This document shows positions 1 to 6,664 of a DNA stretch of 32,869 nucleotides, one piece after another (within the stretch, counting starts at the first letter, position 1; each line of letters opens with the position of its first letter). Under the pieces are notes generated by a model. The model saw only the letters and a program-made list of their open reading frames with translations, did no database searches and was not told where the DNA came from. The position numbers were made by a program, and so were the translations under genes. This DNA is from Patescibacteria group bacterium (lineage in GTDB: Bacteria; Patescibacteriota; Microgenomatia; PFEM01; JAHIFH01). The stretch lies in contig JAHIFH010000049.1 of the NCBI GenBank assembly GCA_018900995.1, positions 1 to 32,869 of the forward strand. The letters run 5' to 3'.

Positions 1-85
1 AATAGGTCTGTTTGAGAATGCTCTCAATCGATTTTTTCAGCAATCGAGCCCGGTTGCGGGTGGGAAGAATGATACTAACATTCAT
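1..85 (-). CDS. Glycosyltransferase family 2, N-terminal fragment (gene continues beyond left window edge)
   Basis: Absent from the ORF track because the window edge truncates it. The minus-strand ATG at 85..83 overlaps the TGA (84..82) of the upstream methyltransferase as ATGA. My translation MNVSIILPTRNRARLLKKSIESILKQTY is a typical GT2 N-terminus. GAGGA lies 7 nt upstream of the ATG. Confidence 0.7.
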   Translation of the reverse strand, partial: MNVSIILPTRNRARLLKKSIESILKQTY

Positions 86-726
86 TGTTTTTTCCTCAAG
101 ACCAGCAGATACCTATTTTTCTTAAGCCAAGGAAATCCCCACCGATTAAGAATATTAAAAGGAGCATCCAGATATTTCACTTGATAAGCAAAAGGTTGGT
201 AGTTCCATTTGAGGCAGATGGCTTGAAACTGGTCGGTAATCTGTCTCAAGGTATGTTGCTGATGCCCAGGAGTAAGATAACGAACAATCGCCGCAGGTTG
301 GTAGGGTTTGATATGAGTTAAATCAGCGTAAAACTTATCCCACATAAGAGGCGACCTGATAACCAACATCCCGCCTGGCTTGAGAACCCGATTAATCTCA
401 GAAAGAATTTTATGAACATCAACAGGCAAAAAATGTTCTATCAGGTGGGAACAATGAATTGCCGGGACTGACTCGTCTTTGAAAGGTAAAGCCCTGGCAT
501 CAGCCCTTTTAACCTGATAGCCTTTTTCCTTACACTTTTTTATTGACTGACGATTCCAATCAATGCCTCTTATCTTTTTGGGTTTTTGAGCAAAAAACCT
601 TCCTTCGCCACAGCCAACATCCAAAATCCAATCATAATTTTTAAGATAAGAGTAGGCAATCTTATCCTCTTCTTTTTCTGGTTCGAATCTATATTTTTGC
701 CAAATTTTTTTTAATAATTTTTTCAT
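82..726 (-). CDS. Class I SAM-dependent methyltransferase
   Basis: 214-aa ORF with SAM motif I LDVGCGEGRF, downstream acidic residue (IRGIDWN), AIHCSHLIEHF and VLKPGGMLVI, as in Methyltransf_11/23-type enzymes. Confidence 0.85.
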   Translation of the reverse strand: MKKLLKKIWQKYRFEPEKEEDKIAYSYLKNYDWILDVGCGEGRFFAQKPKKIRGIDWNRQSIKKCKEKGYQVKRADARALPFKDESVPAIHCSHLIEHFLPVDVHKILSEINRVLKPGGMLVIRSPLMWDKFYADLTHIKPYQPAAIVRYLTPGHQQHTLRQITDQFQAICLKWNYQPFAYQVKYLDAPFNILNRWGFPWLKKNRYLLVLRKKQ

Positions 727-730
727 TTGC

Positions 731-1960
731 TTAAGACTTCGTTATTCGGACAGCTTCAAAAATAAAGGCTATCGTTATCACCAGATTGCTTATAAGAACA
801 GCCGTCGCCACCCCGACTACTCCCCACCTCATCGCCAGCCAATAGATAAAAATGACTAGGACTAACAAGCGAATTACCTGCCATCTCGTTTCTATTTCTG
901 GCTTTCCCAGAGCATAAAAAACCGAACCGGTGGTGCTGGCGATTGATTCTAATAAACCAGCCAAAGCCAAAATCCGCAGGATAGAAACTAGCGGCAGCCA
1001 CTTTTCCCCTAAGAATATTTTAGTAAAAGGATAGGCAAAAATAAAAATTAATCCTGAAACGAGAATAGATAAAAAGAATACTCCTTGAAAAACTCTCAAA
1101 AAGGCTTTTCTTAATTGAGCTAAGTTATCTTGTAATTTGGAATAGGTGGGAAAAGTAACTTGAGAAATAACATGGCTAATTTCGGTTGCCGGGAGGTTAG
1201 AAATTTTGTAAGCCATTTGATAAAAACCTAGGGCGGTGACACCAAAAAACCGACCGACAAAAATATCATCCCCATGAGTAACCAGGAAAATTAAAATGCT
1301 TGAGCCAAAAACCCACCTGCCAAAATTAAAGAGCTCTGCTGTTTTTTTGATGTCTAAAACAAACCTCGGGCGCCAAGGATGAAGAAAATAACTGGTAATC
1401 AATCTTGCCAGACTGCCAGCTAAAAAGCCAAAAACTAGCGCCCAGGTATTTCGTAATATTAAAGCAGCGGTTACAGCAACAAGAAAATCAGCCAAAACTC
1501 CGCTCAGCTCATAAAAGAATTGTCTATTAAACTCCAAATCTTTTCTAAAATAAACAATGCCAATATTAGTGAAGGCCTGAACCAACAAAGAAAGACTAAT
1601 AACGCGGATAATGGGTATAGCTAATGGCGTCCCGAAGAAAGTAGCCGCATAAGGAGCAATTAAATAAAGAAAAGTGAAAAGAAAAACTCCCCTTAAAACT
1701 AGGGCTGCCCAAGCAGAATTGAGATAGTCTTCAATCTTTTCTTTCTTTTGAATTAAGGCTTGCTGGAAGCCAGTTTCGGAGAAAGTCTCTAGGGTTGCCA
1801 TTGAAAGAAGCGCAATTCCCATTAACCCAAAGTCATCAGGAGCTAAAAGACGAGCAAGAATGATTAGTCGCAAAAAAGAAAAAGCCCGAGAAACAATCCG
1901 AGTAGTAAAAACCCAAAAACCGCCTTTGAATGCCTTTTGTTTAAGACTTGCTTCAGCCAC
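731..1960 (-). CDS. MOP-superfamily polysaccharide flippase (Wzx-like, Polysacc_synt_3-type)
   Basis: 409-aa ORF that is polytopic throughout (about 12 hydrophobic segments). The N-terminus KQKAFKGGFWVFTTRIVSRAFSFLRLIILARLLAPDDFGLMG is typical of lipopolysaccharide/polysaccharide biosynthesis flippases. It starts with GTG at 1960 and I see no obvious SD. Confidence 0.75.
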   Translation of the reverse strand: MAEASLKQKAFKGGFWVFTTRIVSRAFSFLRLIILARLLAPDDFGLMGIALLSMATLETFSETGFQQALIQKKEKIEDYLNSAWAALVLRGVFLFTFLYLIAPYAATFFGTPLAIPIIRVISLSLLVQAFTNIGIVYFRKDLEFNRQFFYELSGVLADFLVAVTAALILRNTWALVFGFLAGSLARLITSYFLHPWRPRFVLDIKKTAELFNFGRWVFGSSILIFLVTHGDDIFVGRFFGVTALGFYQMAYKISNLPATEISHVISQVTFPTYSKLQDNLAQLRKAFLRVFQGVFFLSILVSGLIFIFAYPFTKIFLGEKWLPLVSILRILALAGLLESIASTTGSVFYALGKPEIETRWQVIRLLVLVIFIYWLAMRWGVVGVATAVLISNLVITIAFIFEAVRITKS

Positions 1961-1985
1961 TAGGTCAATTCTATCATAAAGCCAA

Positions 1986-2016
1986 CAAAAAAGAGTGCCT
2001 ACGGCACTCCTTTTTG
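1986..2016 (-). terminator. Rho-independent terminator-like hairpin (near-palindromic, potentially bidirectional)
   Basis: The stem GAGTGCC (1993..1999) pairs with GGCACTC (2003..2009) around a 3-nt loop. On the minus strand the hairpin is followed by TTTTTT then GTT and preceded by AAAAAG. It sits in the only sizeable noncoding gap, downstream of the GT2 stop at 2102. Confidence 0.6.
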
Positions 2017-2050
2017 AGATCCTCAGGTGTGAAAATCAATTCACTCTTCC

Positions 2051-2079
2051 AAAATAGCCAATTAATTTTGACATGTCAA
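2051..2079 (-). promoter_or_regulatory. Candidate sigma70-like promoter TTGACA-N17-TATTTT within a perfect 12-nt palindrome TTGACATGTCAA
   Basis: The palindrome TTGACATGTCAA lies at 2068..2079. On the minus strand, TTGACA (2079..2074) is followed by 17 nt and then TATTTT (2056..2051). The call rests on sequence pattern only. It lies upstream of the terminator-like hairpin, so its role is uncertain; it could instead be an operator. Confidence 0.3.
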
Positions 2080-2101
2080 GTACCAATTCTAATTTTTTCG
2101 A

Positions 2102-3100
2102 CTACAACCACAGCTTTCTTTTTCCTGGCTTGGCGAGAGTAAAAGAGATTGCTAATTTTAAATTAATTAAAATTTTATTCCAAAATCTCGGCTTAAGCAT
2201 CGCCATTGGCAAATAAAATAAGGAAATAATTAACCAATTAAAAATAAGCGCCCATTTTATAGAAGCTGTTTTAAACCAAGAATAATGCTTCTCACAAAAA
2301 AACAAGAGACTAGCAAAGTTGCGTTGATAGTAATCAAACTGATTCTTTTTTTGGGAAATAACTTGGGCAACGCTAGCACCTCGCAGATGGATAATTTGCG
2401 CCGCTGGCTCAACTAAAGTTTTCCAGCCAGCTTTTTGGATTCTTTTGCTCAAATCAGAGTCTTCAAAATAAAAGGGAATCTTTTCATCAAAAAGACCAAC
2501 TTGGTCAAGAACTTTTTTCCTAACCATCAGAGCTGCCCCTGATAATTGTTCAATGATATGGGGATTTTTAGGATCAATCGGACAGAAAAGAAGACTTCTT
2601 AAAAAAGGTATTTTCAAAAAGATTTTTCTGAAGAAGGGATTGTAATAAAACAAGGCGCTCGCCACTGATGGATAACGGAGATAAACAGGATCAATTTGGA
2701 TACTGCTATCTTTGTTTAAGATTAAGGGGCAAACAGCACCGGCTTTTTTATTCTGGCTAAGGTGCCGGGCTAACTTAGCAATAGCGTCTTTCTGAACAAT
2801 CGTATCGGAATTCAAAAACATAATTAAATCACCTTTGGCAACTCTAATTCCCTGATTATTGCCCTTGGCAAAGCCTAGATTTTTCTTATTTTCAATAAGT
2901 CTAATTTTGATTTTTTGATTTTTTGATTTTTTGATTTTTTTCACTATTTCCGGACTACCATCAGTTGAGCCATTGTCCACGACGATGATCTCGGTGGTTG
3001 GTGGTCGGTGACTGGTGGTTAGTGAACTTAAGATTGAATCCAGACAGTTCCTCAATAATTTTTTGGTATTCCACGAGAGAACTATAATTGATATCTTCAT
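2102..3100 (-). CDS. Glycosyltransferase family 2
   Basis: 332-aa ORF with ISIIVLSWNTKKLLRNCLDSI...EIIVVDNGSTDGS, FLNSDT, FYFEDSDLSKRIQKAGW and one C-terminal hydrophobic segment. Its ATG at 3100 overlaps the TGA of the upstream gene (ATGA). Confidence 0.9.
   Translation of the reverse strand: MKISIIVLSWNTKKLLRNCLDSILSSLTTSHRPPTTEIIVVDNGSTDGSPEIVKKIKKSKNQKIKIRLIENKKNLGFAKGNNQGIRVAKGDLIMFLNSDTIVQKDAIAKLARHLSQNKKAGAVCPLILNKDSSIQIDPVYLRYPSVASALFYYNPFFRKIFLKIPFLRSLLFCPIDPKNPHIIEQLSGAALMVRKKVLDQVGLFDEKIPFYFEDSDLSKRIQKAGWKTLVEPAAQIIHLRGASVAQVISQKKNQFDYYQRNFASLLFFCEKHYSWFKTASIKWALIFNWLIISLFYLPMAMLKPRFWNKILINLKLAISFTLAKPGKRKLWL
2905..2941. repeat. 8-nt tandem repeat (plus strand TTTTTTGA; coding strand TCAAAAAA), 3 full copies plus partial copies at both ends
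   Basis: Read directly: ttttga, then ttttttga at 2911..2918, 2919..2926 and 2927..2934, then ttttttt. It lies inside the GT2 CDS and encodes KKIKKSKNQKIKI. The unit length is not a multiple of 3. Confidence 0.85.
2994..3022. repeat. Left arm of a GGT-rich / ACC-rich imperfect inverted repeat bracketing the four-helix-bundle gene
   Basis: gtggttggtggtcggtgactggtggttag matches the reverse complement of 3474..3502 at 22 of 29 positions. In minus-strand RNA, 25 of 29 positions can pair when G-U is allowed. The arm lies inside GT2 codons encoding TTSHRPPTT. Confidence 0.6.
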
Positions 3101-3471
3101 CTTTTTAACTTTTTTCTTAGTGATTTTATAAGAGAGCTTATTGAAACTATCAATTGTTCATATCTTTCTATAAGCTGACTGCTTTTCTTCTTACCAATAT
3201 AATCGAGCTCTGTAGAAATTATGAGGTGAGAAATAACTTCTCCCGCTGAACCTCTCGCATTTATTAAAAAACTAATAAGTTCTTTGGTTGTTTGCCGATA
3301 GAATCCTTCCGCAATATTTGCCATCACCGAAATTGCTGCTCTTCGCAATTGAGATGTTAGTCCAAATTTTTCACTAGTGGGAAAGGTGGCAGTTAATTTA
3401 TAAATTTCGACCACTAAGTCTTTAGATTTCATCCAAATTCTTAGTTCTTTTAAGTTTTTAATCTTTTTCAT
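3097..3471 (-). CDS. Four-helix-bundle protein (23S rRNA intervening-sequence protein / Avd-like family)
   Basis: The sequence LRIWMKSKDLVVEIYKLTATFPTSEKFGLTSQLRRAAISVMANIAEGFYRQTTKELISFLINARGSAGEV matches the family signature (E.fGLtsQlrRAa.Si..NIAEG...s..E...fl..A.gS..E). I place the start at the internal ATG 3471 (MKKIKNL...). The ORF-track extension to 3528 overlaps the flippase and reads through the ACC-rich repeat. Confidence 0.85.
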   Translation of the reverse strand: MKKIKNLKELRIWMKSKDLVVEIYKLTATFPTSEKFGLTSQLRRAAISVMANIAEGFYRQTTKELISFLINARGSAGEVISHLIISTELDYIGKKKSSQLIERYEQLIVSISSLIKSLRKKLKR

Positions 3472-3473
3472 CA

Positions 3474-3502
3474 CAAACCACCAACCACTAACAACTAACC
3501 AC
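3474..3502. repeat. Right arm of the GGT/ACC-rich imperfect inverted repeat
   Basis: caaaccaccaaccactaacaactaaccac lies immediately upstream (in the minus sense) of the four-helix-bundle start codon and spans the flippase stop codon (3495..3497). Confidence 0.6.
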
Positions 3503-4724
3503 TTCTCAATACCTTCCAAACAAACCAATTATTGATAAGCAATCCCGCTGCCTCTCCTCCCAGCACTGCCCAAGCAGCGCCCAAAACTGAATAACGAGGA
3601 ATCAAAAATAAACATAAAAAAATGGCGATTAAAAAGTTTAACACTGCCAATGGTAAAAATCGTCTCACTTTTGGTGAATTGAGAATGATATTGGCAGGCA
3701 AAGCATTAACAAAAAATAAAACTAAAGCGACCCCTAAAACAGAAAGCACAGGCGCCGCCGGTAAATAATCTTGACCATAGGAAAAACTGACAATCCATTT
3801 GGCAAAAAATACCAAAACCAAAGAGAAAGGCAGAGAAAACAGAAATAAAACTCCTAAGCCTCTTTTATAAACGGCTGCTAGATTTTTTTTATCATTAACA
3901 AACAGTCTTGAAGAAAGAGGAAAGAGGGCTAAAGCCAAAGACTGAGGAATTAAAATCATTGCTTCAATAAATTTAAAAGCACTCCCATAAAGACCAGTAA
4001 AATAAGCCCCTTTTAAAATACCAACCAAAACAAGAGAAAGGCGCAAATAAAAAACAGCTAAAATTGTTAAGGCAGCAAAAACCCAGGATTGGCTAAGAGC
4101 TTTTCGCCAAAATCCTCTGTCGACAACCCAGTTAAGAGGAAGATGCCAAGATGATGATTTGACCAAAAAAATAAGAGCAATAATTAACTGCCCCAAAACA
4201 TAGGCAAGTAAAATCCAAATCAAAGAAAGTTGGGCGAAAACAAAAGTTATTCCCAAAAAGGCAGTCAAGCTAATCGTACCGACATTGGCCATCGCCATAT
4301 ATTCCATTTTCTCCTGAGCATTTTGGAAACTGGCAATTAGATAAGTCAGGCTGTAAGGAATTAAGGAGAGACCAAAAATAGCTAAATAAAAAATTTGTTT
4401 TAACGGCTGGCCGAGAATAATCCCTAAAAATAAAGCGGCAAAATAGGCAAAAATCGCCAAAAGAAATCGCAAAGGTAAAAGCCGAGAAAAATAGAATTGA
4501 GTTTTTTCTGGTTTCCTAGAGATATCTCGAAGAACTAATCTCTCAATACCAAAGTCAGCTACGGGAACAAAGTTGTAAATAAAAGCCAGAGTAAAATTAT
4601 AAATCCCAAAAGTCTCAACTCCTAAAACCCGCGCCAGAAAAATAAAATAAAAAAAACCAATCCCCCGAGCAATTATTTGGGAAAGGGAGAGAAAAAGAGT
4701 GTTTTTGGCAATTTTGCGAACCAT
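3495..4724 (-). CDS. MOP-superfamily oligosaccharide/polysaccharide flippase (Wzx-like, Polysacc_synt-type)
   Basis: 409-aa ORF, polytopic throughout. The N-terminus KNTLFLSLSQIIARGIGFFYFIFLARVLGVETFG is typical of the family. GAGGGG precedes the ATG at 4724. Confidence 0.75.
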   Translation of the reverse strand: MVRKIAKNTLFLSLSQIIARGIGFFYFIFLARVLGVETFGIYNFTLAFIYNFVPVADFGIERLVLRDISRKPEKTQFYFSRLLPLRFLLAIFAYFAALFLGIILGQPLKQIFYLAIFGLSLIPYSLTYLIASFQNAQEKMEYMAMANVGTISLTAFLGITFVFAQLSLIWILLAYVLGQLIIALIFLVKSSSWHLPLNWVVDRGFWRKALSQSWVFAALTILAVFYLRLSLVLVGILKGAYFTGLYGSAFKFIEAMILIPQSLALALFPLSSRLFVNDKKNLAAVYKRGLGVLFLFSLPFSLVLVFFAKWIVSFSYGQDYLPAAPVLSVLGVALVLFFVNALPANIILNSPKVRRFLPLAVLNFLIAIFLCLFLIPRYSVLGAAWAVLGGEAAGLLINNWFVWKVLRSG

Positions 4725-4761
4725 CCCCTCAATTTTACCACTTTAGCGATTTCGTCACTAA

Positions 4762-6333
4762 TCAATTCCCCCAAGAATAAAGCCAGGCTGGCCAAGTATC
4801 GTATGGGTCGGGATCAAGAGAAAAACGACTGAATTCGATCTCCAGTTGAAGATTATTCTCGATATGCTCCAAAGCATCTTTAGGCAAAAAAGGAATCTCA
4901 TGCCCATCGATAAAAACAAAACCCTTGGGATTAGTTCTGATAACCTGGAGGAGGTCATTTTTGTCTGTAATTGCCCCAAAGCTCAAAGTGTTCTCTCTTT
5001 TTTCCCCTCTTTCTACTCTATAACTAAGCCGCTCGGCTTGGCGAATCCAAAAAGCATTAGGGTAATCTCTGCCTAAATACCAAACAATTTTATCTCCCCA
5101 GGTATCAATCACCACGACTGGCTGGTCAGACTGTGCATTTTGTTTTTTTATTAAATCATAGGCAAGATGGTAATCAACCAGAGGAATTTGTTTCATATCG
5201 GCATTCGGCGAATAAAATAAGCGTGGTTTAAAAGTAAACTTGTGACCATTAATAACCAACAAACAAACAAAAAAGAAAAGGAGAACTACTTGAAGTCTTG
5301 ACGATTTCCGCAACCACCAACGACTGACATTATCAAGAAAATAAACTAAATAAGCAAAGAAAAATATTGGAAAAATAGGATAAAGATAGCGAACATCAAG
5401 CCAAGAGAAAAAGAAAATAACCGCTACCAGGTGAGTTGCCAAAACGGTCACTAAAAAGAAGTGCTTTTTTTCTTTAGTGGAAAGAGCAAGTAAAATCCCA
5501 AGAAATGCCAAAAAAGAGACTAGCGAATATTGCCGCCACAAAAAGGAATGATAATACCAAAAATTATTATATATTTTCAGGGGTAACTCACGCTGTATAA
5601 CTATTGCCTCAAAGATGGTGCCCAGTCCAGACTGCCAAAGGAGCCAGAACAAAACAAGAAAAATCAAGCCAGTAATAATTTTCTGTTTACCAGTTAGGTG
5701 TCTTAAAAACCTGATTACATCTTTTCTGGCGAAAAAGATAATATAGGCAACTCCAGCCAGGACAAGTGTCGCTGCCCAGAGATGAGCCAGCAGAGAAATG
5801 ATTAGAAAAAGGGCAGGGATGATTAAATCTCGATAAGCCACTTTCTCTTTTCTCATCTTCTCAAATAGTTGGCAAAGGAAATAGGCGGTTATCAAATAAG
5901 CCAACTGAAGTAAAGCATAACTCCTTGCTTGACGCGACCAAGTAATTTCAATGACGGAAAAAGTGGTTAAGATAGCCACCCCTAAGCCAATTCTTTTATT
6001 AAAGAGTCTTGAAAAAACGAGAAAGACAACCAGGATCGTTAAAGTTCCCCAAATTACCGAAGGAAAACGAGCAGCAAATTCATTCACCCCCAAGAACTTC
6101 ATTGAAAAGGCAGTGAGATAATGATTAAGCAAGTTTCTTGTTTCAAAATAGCCAGTGACTGTTTGAGGATAACCGCTCTCGACAATGGCGGCGGCAAACT
6201 GACCCGTAGAAAACTCATCAATCCAAAAGGGGTAATTGGCTGAAAGACCATAAATTCGATAAAAAAAGCCAACAACTAATAAAACTGCCAAAATTAATAT
6301 TATTAGTAAGCTATCTTTCTTCTTTTTTCGCAC
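4762..6333 (-). CDS. GT-C fold membrane glycosyltransferase, family 39/83-like (ArnT/PMT-type)
   Basis: 523-aa ORF with about 11 N-terminal TM helices and a C-terminal soluble domain of about 140 aa. The first-loop acidic motif YPFWIDEFSTGQFA resembles that of ArnT/PMT-type enzymes that use polyprenyl-phosphate sugars. GTG start at 6333. Confidence 0.7.
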   Translation of the reverse strand: MRKKKKDSLLIILILAVLLVVGFFYRIYGLSANYPFWIDEFSTGQFAAAIVESGYPQTVTGYFETRNLLNHYLTAFSMKFLGVNEFAARFPSVIWGTLTILVVFLVFSRLFNKRIGLGVAILTTFSVIEITWSRQARSYALLQLAYLITAYFLCQLFEKMRKEKVAYRDLIIPALFLIISLLAHLWAATLVLAGVAYIIFFARKDVIRFLRHLTGKQKIITGLIFLVLFWLLWQSGLGTIFEAIVIQRELPLKIYNNFWYYHSFLWRQYSLVSFLAFLGILLALSTKEKKHFFLVTVLATHLVAVIFFFSWLDVRYLYPIFPIFFFAYLVYFLDNVSRWWLRKSSRLQVVLLFFFVCLLVINGHKFTFKPRLFYSPNADMKQIPLVDYHLAYDLIKKQNAQSDQPVVVIDTWGDKIVWYLGRDYPNAFWIRQAERLSYRVERGEKRENTLSFGAITDKNDLLQVIRTNPKGFVFIDGHEIPFLPKDALEHIENNLQLEIEFSRFSLDPDPYDTWPAWLYSWGN

Positions 6334-6664
6334 TTTTTCTTTCCTCCTTTAAATACTCGATAAACATCTGTGCTATGCCGACTACTAAAAACATATAAGC
6401 CCAGATAGCGGCTTTTTCAGCAATCAGCTCTTTCTTTAGAATCAACAAAAATGGACACATCGCCAAAAATATTAAACCACCAGCAACAGAAACTCTTCCT
6501 TCAAAATTGTAAAGCCAGATACTTATAATCCATAAACCAATCAAAAAGAAAATGATTAAACCGCTAATGGAAGTAAAAACAAATATATTGAATAAAATGC
6601 CAATTCCGGCTAAAAGCAGTAGCCAAAATTTATATTTCTCCAAAAAAATTCTAATTTTTCTCAT
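6311..6664 (-). CDS. Small integral membrane protein, unknown family
   Basis: 117-aa ORF with 3-4 hydrophobic segments and a Lys/Glu-rich tail. It overlaps both neighbours (14 nt and 23 nt), which is consistent with co-translation. I recognise no motif. Confidence 0.55.
   Translation of the reverse strand: MRKIRIFLEKYKFWLLLLAGIGILFNIFVFTSISGLIIFFLIGLWIISIWLYNFEGRVSVAGGLIFLAMCPFLLILKKELIAEKAAIWAYMFLVVGIAQMFIEYLKEERKSAKKEER

Noticed and set aside
1968-1973. TAGAAT (minus strand) as a -10 box for a leaderless flippase transcript.
   Set aside because: There is no acceptable -35 at 16-18 nt (it reads ACTCTT). The box would overlap the terminator U-tract region and lies only 7 nt from the GTG (1967..1961).
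3097-3471. The four-helix-bundle gene as the Avd component of a diversity-generating retroelement.
   Set aside because: The window contains no reverse transcriptase ORF, and I found no template/variable repeat pair.
3472-3528. N-terminal extension of the four-helix-bundle ORF (MVCLEGIEKWLVVSGWWFV).
   Set aside because: It overlaps the flippase C-terminus and is a read-through of the ACC/GGT-rich repeat. The family-typical sequence begins at the internal ATG 3471.
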